From: a bacterium
GTDB taxonomy: Bacteria; Armatimonadota; Zipacnadia; Zipacnadales; Zipacnadaceae
Direction of reading: 5' to 3'
DNA length: 64,000 bases
NCBI GenBank assembly: GCA_030603495.1
Contig: JAUVXR010000010.1
Coordinates: 5,499-69,498 of the forward strand
Shown here: one piece after another, positions 11,982 through 21,355 of the stretch
Layout of the letters: each line of letters opens with the position of its first letter
Position numbering within the stretch: the stretch's first letter is position 1
The notes under the pieces: model-generated
What the model saw: the letters and a program-made list of their open reading frames with translations, nothing else
Databases searched by the model: none
Told to the model about the DNA's origin: nothing
Translations under genes and position numbers: made by a program

Positions 11982-13190
11982 CTAGAGCGGTTCGCTAGTT
12001 ACCACCCGGGCAAGCAACGCGACCGCCTCCGCAGCAATGCCCTCCTCACGCCCCACGAAGCCCAGCCCTTCGGTAGTGGTAGCTTTGACGCTCACCGCTT
12101 GCGCATCTAGTTGCAGTATTGCGGCAATGCGGTTGCACATCGCCGGAACATACCGCGCCAACCGCGGCTGCTCGGCCATTATGGTGACGTCAACGTTGAC
12201 TGGGCGGTAGCCGGCCTTGGCAACGAGTCTGACCACCTCAGCAAGCAAGGCAGCGCTGTCGGCATCCTGGAACGCCGGGTCGCTATCTGCAAAGTGCGTG
12301 CCAATGTCCCCTAGAGCCACACCGCCCAGCAGCGCATCGGCGATGGCGTGGAGGGCAACGTCGGCATCCGAATGGCCGGCGAGCCCGCGGTCGTGAGGCA
12401 CCTCGACGCCACCCAGCATAAGGCGGCGCCCCTCGGCGAGGCGGTGGACGTCGTAGCCGTGGCCTATGCGCACCGTCTCGGGGCCTGCCACCAACGCTTG
12501 GGCGCGGGTCCAGTCCTCCGGCAGTGTGATCTTGAAATTCCCCGGATCATCTTCCACCACCGTTACCTGTGCACCAGCTCTCTCCACAAGCGCGGCGTCG
12601 TCGGTATCTTCCCAGTCTTCCGCTCGGGCCTGGCGATAAGCATCGTGAATGGTGCTAAAGCGAAAGGTCTGAGGAGTCTGGGCCTGCCAGAACTTGGCCC
12701 GGTCCGCGGTGCCAGCGACCCGGCCATCACTAGTGACCTCTTTGAGCGTGTCGGTGAGGGGTCGGGCTGCGATGGCCGCGCCAGTTCGCTGCGCGTCGTC
12801 GATGGTCCGGATGATAATAGCCGGGCTTACAAAGGGCCGGGCTCCGTCGTGTATCGCTACGAGCTCCGGAGCCTGACTGCTGAGGCTCTCGAGGCCAGCA
12901 TAGACTGATTCTGCGCGGGTCCTGCCCCCGGGGATCACGGCCGCAACCTTGGTCAAGCCGGCCTGCTGGCACAGCGAGCGGGCCAGCCCCTGACGATCGG
13001 CCGGGACGACCAGGACAATCCTGGCAATCTGCTCGACCCCCTGAAATGTACGCAGTGACCAGAGGAAAAGCGGACTCGTACCTAGCTGGAGGAAGGCTTT
13101 CGGGATACTGGCACCCAACCGGTGGCCTTCTCCTGCTGCAACGATGAGGCCGGCAGTCTCGGGGATTGCCGATGCGCCGAGGGAACTCAC
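11982..13190 (-). CDS. ispDF: Bifunctional 2-C-methyl-D-erythritol 4-phosphate cytidylyltransferase / 2-C-methyl-D-erythritol 2,4-cyclodiphosphate synthase
   Basis: The N-terminal half is IspD-like ('IVAAGEGHRLG...PKAFL'). The C-terminal half is IspF-like ('RIGHGYDVHRL...GHSDADVALHAIADALLGG'). It has a 4-nt overlap with the upstream yacL-like gene. Confidence 0.9.
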   Translation of the reverse strand: MSSLGASAIPETAGLIVAAGEGHRLGASIPKAFLQLGTSPLFLWSLRTFQGVEQIARIVLVVPADRQGLARSLCQQAGLTKVAAVIPGGRTRAESVYAGLESLSSQAPELVAIHDGARPFVSPAIIIRTIDDAQRTGAAIAARPLTDTLKEVTSDGRVAGTADRAKFWQAQTPQTFRFSTIHDAYRQARAEDWEDTDDAALVERAGAQVTVVEDDPGNFKITLPEDWTRAQALVAGPETVRIGHGYDVHRLAEGRRLMLGGVEVPHDRGLAGHSDADVALHAIADALLGGVALGDIGTHFADSDPAFQDADSAALLAEVVRLVAKAGYRPVNVDVTIMAEQPRLARYVPAMCNRIAAILQLDAQAVSVKATTTEGLGFVGREEGIAAEAVALLARVVTSEPL

Positions 13191-14311
13191 AGTGCGTTCG
13201 TGCCCCTGCCGCGACCCGTATGTTCACGGGGCAGCTCAGCAAAGATCATCTTGCCCGCACTGGTTTGCAGGACACTGGTGACCGTCACCGGCTGCAGCCG
13301 CCCCACAGCGTCGGCACCATTCTCGACCACGACCATCGTGCCATCGTCGAGATAGCCAATACCCTGGCTGGGCTCTTTGCCCTCTTTGACGATGGTGACG
13401 GTTAACTCTTCGCCCGGCAAGAACACTGGCTTCAGGGCATTGGCCAGTTCGTTGACGTTGAGCACAGGCACACCACTCAATTTGGCGATCTCGTTGACGC
13501 TGTAATCATTGGTGACAACGGCGGCGTGCTTGGCCTTGGCTAGTTTCACCAGCCGGGTGTCAACATCGTCATAGGGGACTTCCTCGCTATTGTAGTCCTC
13601 GTACACAGCGATATCAACCTGATCCAGGTTCTTCAGCGTGTTGAGCATGTCCAGGCCGCGGCGGCCCCGGGATCGCTTGAGGTTGTCACTGGAGTCGGCA
13701 ATGTGATGAAGCTCCTGGAGGATGAAGTCAGGCACCAATAGCGGCCCCTCCAAGAAACTAGTCGCAGCAATGTCAGCGATTCGTCCGTCAATGATGATAT
13801 TAGTATCGAGCATCTTGGGCATACTGTGAACGACTCCAGTGATCTTGCCCAATGATGGCAAACGTCCCAGGCTGGGGAAGATGTAGACAATCTGTCCACG
13901 GGCGCTCATGGCAAAACCTACGCCCAGCGCCACGCCCACAACGCTGGCGAATATCCGGATCGGCAGACCGAAGCCCCGGACTTCAGCGAAAGGCACTGTT
14001 ACCAGCAGCGCAACTACCAAGCCTAGCACTACACCGATCGCGCCAGCAATCTTGTCTACCAGCGAGACTCGCTCAAAGTAGTTGACCCAGCTGACAATCT
14101 TTCGGAAGGAGAATAATGAGAAGAGGAAGCCCAACAGCCCCCCTACCACGTTTACACCGATGGTAAAGAGAAGCGCGTCACGCCCGCCTTCTTCCAGATG
14201 TACTCGCGGTAGTAGTCCTTTGGCGATGAGATTACCGACGATGACTCCGACAAGCACGACAGCGGCGACAAACAATGCCCACAGGCCCCTCAATATGATC
14301 ATAATGGTCAC
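13187..14311 (-). CDS. PIN/TRAM-domain membrane protein (YacL-like)
   Basis: N-terminal transmembrane helices, then a PIN domain ('LDTNIIIDGRIADI...') and a C-terminal TRAM-like beta domain. The position immediately upstream of ispD(F) is conserved, as with yacL in Firmicutes. Confidence 0.78.
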   Translation of the reverse strand: MTIMIILRGLWALFVAAVVLVGVIVGNLIAKGLLPRVHLEEGGRDALLFTIGVNVVGGLLGFLFSLFSFRKIVSWVNYFERVSLVDKIAGAIGVVLGLVVALLVTVPFAEVRGFGLPIRIFASVVGVALGVGFAMSARGQIVYIFPSLGRLPSLGKITGVVHSMPKMLDTNIIIDGRIADIAATSFLEGPLLVPDFILQELHHIADSSDNLKRSRGRRGLDMLNTLKNLDQVDIAVYEDYNSEEVPYDDVDTRLVKLAKAKHAAVVTNDYSVNEIAKLSGVPVLNVNELANALKPVFLPGEELTVTIVKEGKEPSQGIGYLDDGTMVVVENGADAVGRLQPVTVTSVLQTSAGKMIFAELPREHTGRGRGTNAL

Positions 14312-14627
14312 TCCTATTGACGTATCTGGCCATGATTAACGACAGGATATGTGTATAATAAACCCGCTCGCTTACGTGGCAGCAGGCTAGTTAGCTTTGC
14401 CATATACCTCAACCGAGGCTAATCGAGTATATTCTACCTCATTTCCCCACGATTCGCCAAGTCTGCAGGTGCTTCTACTGTCGTGGTCACTTGTCCACCA
14501 GTCCCAGATAACGCTTCTCCCCGCGGAATTGTACGGGACAATCAGGCCTAACCAACACGAGGAGCAAGGTCCACTGGCCCCACCCCCTACATTGTATCGC
14601 CACAAGAGCCGTCGGCCATATCGTAAA

Positions 14628-16907
14628 TTAGTCGCACTGGCTGAAGCCACAGCCGTAGCACTTGCGGCAGCCCTCCTCGTGATACAGCACACCACCACAC
14701 TCCGGACACGCGCCGGCATGACCGTTGCGCTCGGGGTTGAAGTCAATCCGGAGCTGGGCTGCCTCGGAGAGCACGGTTCGTTCGATGGCCCGGGCGAAAG
14801 CATCAGCGCACGAGAGTACCTTTCTCCCGCCCGCTTCCCAGGCCGGCATGTGACAGCTTATGCCCTTGAGCTGCTTGACAACGTGTTCCGGGCCAATGCC
14901 CGACCTGAGCGATAGCGAGATAAGCCGAGCCAGCGCCTCCGTCTGGGAGGCCACGCAGCCGCCGGCCTTGCCCATATTGCCGAATAGCTCAAAGGGACCG
15001 CGTTCGTCGGAGTTTATGGTCACGTAGAGGTTGCCACAGCCGGTGCTCATATTTCGCGTCTCGCCAGTGACCGCTTCGGGTCTCGGTCGCGGCTGCAGCG
15101 GCGCGCCCAGCGCCTGTTCGGTTTTCCCCGTGCTCAGCACCTGGGCCTCGCGGCAGCCATCGCGGTAGATCGTCACACCTTTGCAGCCCAGTTCGTAGGC
15201 GAACATGTAGGCCGCACGGATATCCTCGACCGTCGCCTCGTTTGCCAGGTTAATTGTCTTGGAGACCGCATTATCGGTGTACTTCTGGAACGCCGCCTGA
15301 ATCTGGATATGCCACTCGGGACTGATATCATGGGCAGTGCGGAATAGGTCACGCACATCGGCGGGGATCTCCTCAATCTCTGCCAGGCTACCGTGGGCGG
15401 CAATGGCCTTCATCAGCTCAGGTGAGTGGAAGCCGCGATCACAGGCCACCTGCTCGAACAAGGGATTAACCTCGACCAGTTCCTCGCCATCCAGGATACG
15501 CCGCGTAAACGCCACAGCAAATAGGGGCTCAATGCCGCTGGAGGTCCCCGCTATTATACTGATGCTCCCCGTCGGCGCAATGGTCGTAAGCGTCGCATTA
15601 CGCAATTTCAACCCGTTCTCGCTGGACCGGTAGATGCTCTTATCCCAGTTAGGGAAGGCGCCCCGCTGCTCAGCCAGCGCAACGGAGGCCTGCTGCGCTT
15701 GCTCTCGGATGAAGCCCATTATCTTCTCTGCCGCCGTCATCGCCTCCTCCGAATCGTAGCGGATCCCCAGATGGATGAGGGCATCGGCAAATCCCATTAC
15801 GCCCAGGCCTACTTTGCGGTTGCCCCGCGTCATCTCCGCGATCTGCGGCAGCGGAAATTTATTCATGTCAATGACGTTGTCCAGGAAGCGGACCGCCACC
15901 TGGACGGTATCAGCGAGTGTGTCCCAGTTGATCTGGCCCGTACCGATCTCGCCACTCACCATCTTCGCTAAGTTGATCGAGCCCAGATTACAAGACTCGT
16001 AAGGCAACAGAGGCTGCTCGCCGCAGGGGTTAGTGCTTTCGATCTCGCCGAGTGCAGGCGTCGGATTCTCTGCATTGATCTGGTCAATGAAGACCACGCC
16101 TGGATCGCCGCACTCCCACGCACTTTCAACGATCTCCTCGAATACTGCTCGGGCCGGACGGGCCTCGACTACCTCGGCGCTGCGCGGGTTAATCAGGTCA
16201 TAGCTCTGGTCACCAATGACGGCCTGCATAAAGTCGTCAGTGGCTAGGACCGAGATATTGAAGTTGGTGAGTTGACTCTGGTCGCGCTTGACTCGGATAA
16301 ACTCCATTATGTCGGGGTGGTCCACGCGCAGGACGGCCATGTTAGCCCCGCGCCGCGTTCCGCCCTGTTTGATGGCATCAGTCGCGGCATCGAAGACACG
16401 CATGAACGATACCGGGCCCGAGGAGACCCCCTTAGTAGAACTGACAATATCGTCCTTGGGACGCAGCCGTGAGAACGAAAAACCCGTACCTCCGCCGCTC
16501 TTGTGAATCAGCGCGGTGTGCTTGACCGCATCGAAGATGCTCTCCATTGAGTCATCGATGGGCAGTACAAAACAGGCCGAAAGCTGCTGGAAAGGGCGGC
16601 CAGCGTTCATCAGTGTGGGGCTATTGGGCAGGAACTCCAGCCGGGCCATCACCTCGTAGAAGCGCTGCTCCCACTGAGCGATCTCCTCGTCAGAGGCGCC
16701 GTAGTTGCGCTCTGCCAGGGCGATACTGCCAGCGACACGGTGGAACATATCCTCCGGCCCCTCCTTGGGCTGTCCCTCGTCGTCACGCACTAGGTAGCGG
16801 CGCCGGAGCACCGTTAGCGCATTGGGGGCAAGTTCCAGTTCGTTGCCCTCCACCGCCGGTTGTCTCACGCTCATCACTTCACCTCGCTGCATTACGCTGT
16901 CCAGCAA
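14628..16907 (-). CDS. nrdJ: Class II (adenosylcobalamin-dependent) ribonucleotide reductase with a C-terminal CxxC...CxxC zinc ribbon
   Basis: A 759-aa ORF with strong class II RNR features (e.g. 'FLPNSPTLMNAG', 'SACFVLP', 'NPCGEQPL'). The C-terminus is 'CPECGGVLYHEEGCRKCYGCGFSQCD'. Confidence 0.9.
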   Translation of the reverse strand: MLDSVMQRGEVMSVRQPAVEGNELELAPNALTVLRRRYLVRDDEGQPKEGPEDMFHRVAGSIALAERNYGASDEEIAQWEQRFYEVMARLEFLPNSPTLMNAGRPFQQLSACFVLPIDDSMESIFDAVKHTALIHKSGGGTGFSFSRLRPKDDIVSSTKGVSSGPVSFMRVFDAATDAIKQGGTRRGANMAVLRVDHPDIMEFIRVKRDQSQLTNFNISVLATDDFMQAVIGDQSYDLINPRSAEVVEARPARAVFEEIVESAWECGDPGVVFIDQINAENPTPALGEIESTNPCGEQPLLPYESCNLGSINLAKMVSGEIGTGQINWDTLADTVQVAVRFLDNVIDMNKFPLPQIAEMTRGNRKVGLGVMGFADALIHLGIRYDSEEAMTAAEKIMGFIREQAQQASVALAEQRGAFPNWDKSIYRSSENGLKLRNATLTTIAPTGSISIIAGTSSGIEPLFAVAFTRRILDGEELVEVNPLFEQVACDRGFHSPELMKAIAAHGSLAEIEEIPADVRDLFRTAHDISPEWHIQIQAAFQKYTDNAVSKTINLANEATVEDIRAAYMFAYELGCKGVTIYRDGCREAQVLSTGKTEQALGAPLQPRPRPEAVTGETRNMSTGCGNLYVTINSDERGPFELFGNMGKAGGCVASQTEALARLISLSLRSGIGPEHVVKQLKGISCHMPAWEAGGRKVLSCADAFARAIERTVLSEAAQLRIDFNPERNGHAGACPECGGVLYHEEGCRKCYGCGFSQCD

Positions 16908-17070
16908 TCCTCATAATCTGCTATCACGCCATCCCCACAGTAGAGGCCTGTATAGCTTTTGGCCCCCCAGCTTGGGTAAGCCTGAATCCTATCACAACTG
17001 CTCAGCCCTGTCAACACCTAATCATCCAACTCCCAAACGCCTCCCAACAACCCCACCTATACAGCTCACC

Positions 17071-19563
17071 TCATGCCTCCTTGGTCGGTTCATTGGTGCA
17101 GTAGCGTACCACCTTCGCAACGGCGGAAACTGTGGTGCCCTCGTCCAGGGCGACGATCTTCACACCTTGAGCGTTGCGCCCGGTGCGCCGGATATTGCCG
17201 ACCGGCACGCGGATCAGCACTCCCGCAGAGGTTATGCACATAACCTCATCGTCATCATCCACCACTTCAACACCCACCACCAGTCCAGTTCTGGCAGTGA
17301 CATTCAGCGTTGTTACGCCGTGGATGTTTCGCCCCTTGCGCCTGTATTCCGCCAGCGCCGTGCGCTTACCCAGCCCTTTCTCACCGACTACCAATAGGTC
17401 CCGCGGGTCCTTCTTGTCCACTACCGCCGTCGCGATCAACTCATCGCCCTTGCGCAGTCTGATGGCCCTAACTCCAGCAGCACTGCGGCCCATCGCCCGG
17501 ACATCGGCTTCGTCGAAGCGCACTGCCTTGCCCTTCCGTGTAGCCAGCATAATATCCTTCGTCCCGTCGCTCCACATCACCCAGGTCAGCTCATCGTTCT
17601 TGTTCAGTTTGATGGCGATCAAGCCCTTGCTGCGCAGCGGCGTATCGTACGCCGAAAGCGCTGTCTTCTTGATCATGCCCTGCTTGGTCACCATCACCAG
17701 ATAGCCACCCTGGTCGAAGTCCTGCACCGGTATCGTTGCAGTTATCATCTCACCGGGTTCAATGGGCAGGATATTGATGATCGGCGTACCCCGCGCCTGC
17801 CGGCTGGCCAGCGGTACCTGATACCCCTTGGCCCGGTAGACCAGCCCGCGATTGGTGAAGCCCAGGACCAAATGATGGGTGCTGGCCACGAACACATCGG
17901 CTACATTATCCTCTTCTTTCTTGCTCAGCGCCAGGACGCCGCGCCCGCCGCGGTGCTGCACGCGATACGTATCCAACGGCAAGCGCTTGACGTAGCCGTC
18001 GTGGGTGATGGTAATGCACATATCCTCCTGCGCGATGAGGTCCTCGGTGCTGATATCCTCCGCTTCGTCAGGGACGATGCGCGTACGCCGCTCGTCGCCC
18101 AGCTTGTTCTTAACTGCGCGCAGCTCCTTCTTGATGACTGCCGACTTCTTTTCTTCCGAGCCCAGAATGCTCTCGTACTCGGCGATGTCCACCTCAAGCT
18201 GCTCGTACTCCTTGCGCAGCTCCTCCGCCGAGAGCCGGGTTAACCGACCTAGCTGCATATTGAGGATTTCGTCGGCCTGCACCTCGCTGAAGCCCAGTTT
18301 CTTCATCAGGCCCTGGCGGGCGGCGTCGCGCGTGTCACTGCCCCGAATCAGCGCGATCACTTCATCAATAATGTCCAGCGCCTTGAGCAGGCCCTCGACG
18401 ATATGCGCGCGGGCCTTGGCCTTATCCAGAAGAAATTGCGTCCGCCGGGTTATGACCTCGCGCCGGTGCGTGAGGAAGTTCGTCAGCATATCCTTCAGGC
18501 CGCAGAGCTGCGGGACCAGCGCCCCGCCCTTGACGGGCACCAGCGCCAGGCAGTTCGCCCCGAAGCTGGTACGCAAATTGGTGCGCTTGTAAAGCTGGTT
18601 GAGGACGACCTGCGGATTGATGTCGCGGCGCAGCTCAATGACAACCCGCATGCCCTTGCGGTCGGACTCGTCGCGCAGGTCGGCGATGCCCTCAATACTG
18701 CTGCTGTCGTGGAGCTTGGCAATCTGCTGGAGCAGGCTGTCCTTGCGCACCTGGTAGGGCAGCTCGGTGACGATGATCGCCTGGCGGTTGCGGTCCAGTG
18801 GCTCGATGATCGCCCGCGCCTGCATCGTGATCGAGCCGCGGCCGGTCTCAAAGTAATCCAGGATGCCGCGCTGCCCCAGGATCAGCCCCGCCGTCGGGAA
18901 GTCGGGCCCGTGTACGTACTTCATAAGCTGCTTGACATCGAGGTCCGGCTTGTCCAGCAGGAGGATGCAGGCGTCCACAATCTCGCCGAGATTGTGGGGC
19001 GGGATGTTCGTCGCATAGCCCACCGCTATGCCCGACGCGCCGTTGGACAGTAGATTAGGCACGCCACCCGGCAGGACCACCGGCTCGGTCGTCTTCTCGT
19101 CGTAGGTCGGCTGGTAGTCCACCGTGTCCTTGTCGAGGTCAGCGAGCATCGCCATTGCCACCGGCGACAGCCGTGCCTCAGTATATCGGGCGGCACCGGC
19201 AGGATCGCCGTCCAGCGAGCCGAAGTTGCCCTGGGGATCAATCAGCGGGTAGCGCGCGGCAAAGTTCTGGCCCATGCGCACCAGCGTATCGTAGATAGCC
19301 ATATCGCCGTGGGGATGATAGGTCTTCATCGTCTCCCCCACTATCGCCGCGCACTTGGAGTGTGAGCGGTCGGGCGTGAGGCCCTCGCCGTTCATCGCCA
19401 CGAGGATGCGGCGCTGCGAGGGCTTCAGCCCGTCGCGGACATCGGGCAGCGCCCGGGCCATAATCGCACTCATGGCAAACTGCATATAGGAGGAGGTCAT
19501 CTCCTCCTGCAGCGAGATCTCTTCTACTTTGCCAATATCTTGTGTCTCTGTTGCGTCAGGCAT
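17071..19563 (-). CDS. gyrA: DNA gyrase subunit A
   Basis: An 830-aa ORF with the N-terminus 'LPDVRDGLKPSQRRILVAM', the 'AAMRYTEARL'-type catalytic Tyr region and a C-terminal beta-pinwheel with a GyrA-box-like motif. Confidence 0.95.
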   Translation of the reverse strand: MPDATETQDIGKVEEISLQEEMTSSYMQFAMSAIMARALPDVRDGLKPSQRRILVAMNGEGLTPDRSHSKCAAIVGETMKTYHPHGDMAIYDTLVRMGQNFAARYPLIDPQGNFGSLDGDPAGAARYTEARLSPVAMAMLADLDKDTVDYQPTYDEKTTEPVVLPGGVPNLLSNGASGIAVGYATNIPPHNLGEIVDACILLLDKPDLDVKQLMKYVHGPDFPTAGLILGQRGILDYFETGRGSITMQARAIIEPLDRNRQAIIVTELPYQVRKDSLLQQIAKLHDSSSIEGIADLRDESDRKGMRVVIELRRDINPQVVLNQLYKRTNLRTSFGANCLALVPVKGGALVPQLCGLKDMLTNFLTHRREVITRRTQFLLDKAKARAHIVEGLLKALDIIDEVIALIRGSDTRDAARQGLMKKLGFSEVQADEILNMQLGRLTRLSAEELRKEYEQLEVDIAEYESILGSEEKKSAVIKKELRAVKNKLGDERRTRIVPDEAEDISTEDLIAQEDMCITITHDGYVKRLPLDTYRVQHRGGRGVLALSKKEEDNVADVFVASTHHLVLGFTNRGLVYRAKGYQVPLASRQARGTPIINILPIEPGEMITATIPVQDFDQGGYLVMVTKQGMIKKTALSAYDTPLRSKGLIAIKLNKNDELTWVMWSDGTKDIMLATRKGKAVRFDEADVRAMGRSAAGVRAIRLRKGDELIATAVVDKKDPRDLLVVGEKGLGKRTALAEYRRKGRNIHGVTTLNVTARTGLVVGVEVVDDDDEVMCITSAGVLIRVPVGNIRRTGRNAQGVKIVALDEGTTVSAVAKVVRYCTNEPTKEA

Positions 19564-19595
19564 TTATAACTCCTATAACGGATGATTCAGGAATG

Positions 19596-19690
19596 GGCTT
19601 TGCGGGAAACCCGCTTTTTGAAAAAAGCCGGTTTCCCCCTTGGGCTGAGTTCACCGAAGCCCGCACCCTTCCGGCAAAAACTTTCAATAT
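19596..19690. repeat. Dispersed structured intergenic repeat, copy 1 (carries a 24-nt insertion)
   Basis: 'gcgggaaacccgctttttgaaaaaagccggtttccc...cgcacccttccggcaaaaactttcaa'. See 26630 and 33820. Confidence 0.6.
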
Positions 19691-19747
19691 TGCACAGGTA
19701 CTCAACACTGTCTCAATCGAGACGTGCTACATGCTCAAGGTCTGTCG

Positions 19748-20656
19748 CTAGGGCGCCCGCCACAGCACGTCACCGTTCTCCTTCAATAGCGTGATCGTGG
19801 ACTCCGGGTGCTCAGTTTCCGCGCCAGTGCGCTTGGTCACTGTTCTGGTACTGCCCACAACCGCGCGTTCCTGACCCTCAGCGTCACATATAGTAAGCCC
19901 AGCGCCCTCCGGGGACGCGGCCAGGAGAACCCGCGGTTCCCCTTTGTCGCTAAACAACGATAAGCGTCCGCGTTCGCCCAGTACCATCAGACTAGCCCGC
20001 GGCCTTCCGCCGGCATCTGCAAGCGATAGTGCTCCGCCGTGGCCACCCGCCGTGTTCAGGCCCACCTGCGGCTTGCCAGTGTCATCCAACAGCCAGAGCC
20101 CTGGCGCAGAGCTTAGCTGGGCACCTGTCTTGCAGGCGTCGTGCAGGTTTAGCAAAGACCTGCCGTGCTCATCAAACCCGAGTGTGACCATCGCCTTCTC
20201 CGCCCCAAAGACCCCTGACAATTCTAAGAAAGGCTGCTCATCACCATCGAGCCCAATAGTGGCGCGTTGTTTCTGAGCCGCGTCCCATAGGCACAACGCG
20301 GGCTGTCCATCCTCAATACCAAGGCCAATAAGCTGAACGTGTTCCTGTCCCGTCCCGTCATACAGGGCCACGCCAGCGCCTTCGTCCTCCGAAACTAAGA
20401 GTTGTAGGCGCAGCTCACCTTCTGCATCGTACATAAACAGCGCAGGGTTCCCTACAACGTTGAACGCCAGCGCGGCGCGATTGTTGCCTGCCTCGTCCAC
20501 CAGCCGGAACTCCTGCGCCTCGATGACCTTAGGAGCAGTCGTAGTCTGCGCCGCCCTCGCCGGCAAACCTCGAAACAACAGATCCGACAACGCTCCGCCC
20601 ACTAGTCCCGACACGACCGTCAACAGCATTAAGATACGAAACTGTGCCTTGCTCAT
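19748..20656 (-). CDS. Secreted/anchored protein made of ~11 tandem ~20-aa beta-strand repeats (consensus roughly h-x-L-x-D-x-x-G-x-x-R-x-x-L); probable beta-propeller or beta-solenoid. Function unknown.
   Basis: An N-terminal signal/anchor ('MSKAQFRILMLLTVVSGLVGGAL') followed by repeats such as 'FRLVDEAGNNRAALAF', 'LFMYDAEGELRLQLL', 'VALYDGTGQEHVQLI', 'LWLLDDTGKPQVGL', 'LSLFSDKGEPRVLL', 'LTICDAEGQERAVV'. Confidence 0.6.
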   Translation of the reverse strand: MSKAQFRILMLLTVVSGLVGGALSDLLFRGLPARAAQTTTAPKVIEAQEFRLVDEAGNNRAALAFNVVGNPALFMYDAEGELRLQLLVSEDEGAGVALYDGTGQEHVQLIGLGIEDGQPALCLWDAAQKQRATIGLDGDEQPFLELSGVFGAEKAMVTLGFDEHGRSLLNLHDACKTGAQLSSAPGLWLLDDTGKPQVGLNTAGGHGGALSLADAGGRPRASLMVLGERGRLSLFSDKGEPRVLLAASPEGAGLTICDAEGQERAVVGSTRTVTKRTGAETEHPESTITLLKENGDVLWRAP

Positions 20657-20689
20657 GGTAAAGTCTCCCTTGGATCTTATGCTTTTCTA

Positions 20690-21355
20690 CTATTGCACCC
20701 ACGGCAGCCACCACTCGCCCGTAATATGCAATTCCGGTATGCGCAAGGCCCCCCTCATCGCCATTACACACTCACCATAGGCGCACCGCAGGCGTGTCTC
20801 ATACTCCTCAAGTTGATCTCTGCTAATGCACTCTCGCGCTGCGAACATATTCTTCCCAACATTTATAAAATCAACGATCCTCGGATAGACATCCTCATGC
20901 ACCAAGAGAAGTTGCCTCGTGAAAGAGTCTTGAAGCGAGTTATACACGCACGAGATTTTTTCCCGGAACTGGTCACTGTCCTTGCGAGTTGTTCCCACTA
21001 AGACTAGCACCTCGGCCATATCGTGGGTCAGGTTCCGATATTCCTCAATGCATTGGCGATGAACTTCATGACTCAATGCATCGTGGCGCTTCCTCTGGTC
21101 AGCTAGCCACATCGCCCAGCCTGCAAGGAGAGCGAACCAGGGGGCCAGCACCTTCAACGCATCCACGTACCCGGGTGGTGCCTCCGCGAGCGCCACCAAC
21201 AGCACGCCTCCAATGAAACCTATTATCGCACCAAGCAACGGTCCAGACATGGATTTCCCGCTCATTCTAGTCCCTCTCTCCCTAGCGCTCTTCGGCGCTG
21301 AGGCTGCGCCACCCGCCGGGCTATTCCCGCTGCCGGGCGCCGTACCACAACGCAA
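20690..21355 (-). CDS. Hypothetical membrane protein: two TM helices plus a ~120-aa cytoplasmic domain. The likely real start is the internal Met 'MSGKSMSGPLLGAII' near 21262.
   Basis: A long ORF with hydrophobic N-terminal segments. The C-terminal-domain coding DNA (about 20690-21000) is visibly more AT-rich than its surroundings. I recognise no family. Confidence 0.5.
   Translation of the reverse strand: MRCGTAPGSGNSPAGGAASAPKSARERGTRMSGKSMSGPLLGAIIGFIGGVLLVALAEAPPGYVDALKVLAPWFALLAGWAMWLADQRKRHDALSHEVHRQCIEEYRNLTHDMAEVLVLVGTTRKDSDQFREKISCVYNSLQDSFTRQLLLVHEDVYPRIVDFINVGKNMFAARECISRDQLEEYETRLRCAYGECVMAMRGALRIPELHITGEWWLPWVQ

Noticed and set aside
19542-19751. 69-aa plus-strand ORF (MSLLRQ...FAGNPLFEKSRFPP...) and the N-terminus of the 26633-27469 ORF (MAGNPLFGKKPVSR...), which look like homologous proteins
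   Set aside because: The shared peptide is just the translation of the dispersed intergenic DNA repeat. The 26633-27469 ORF is antisense to the well-supported amidohydrolase gene. Both are judged non-coding.
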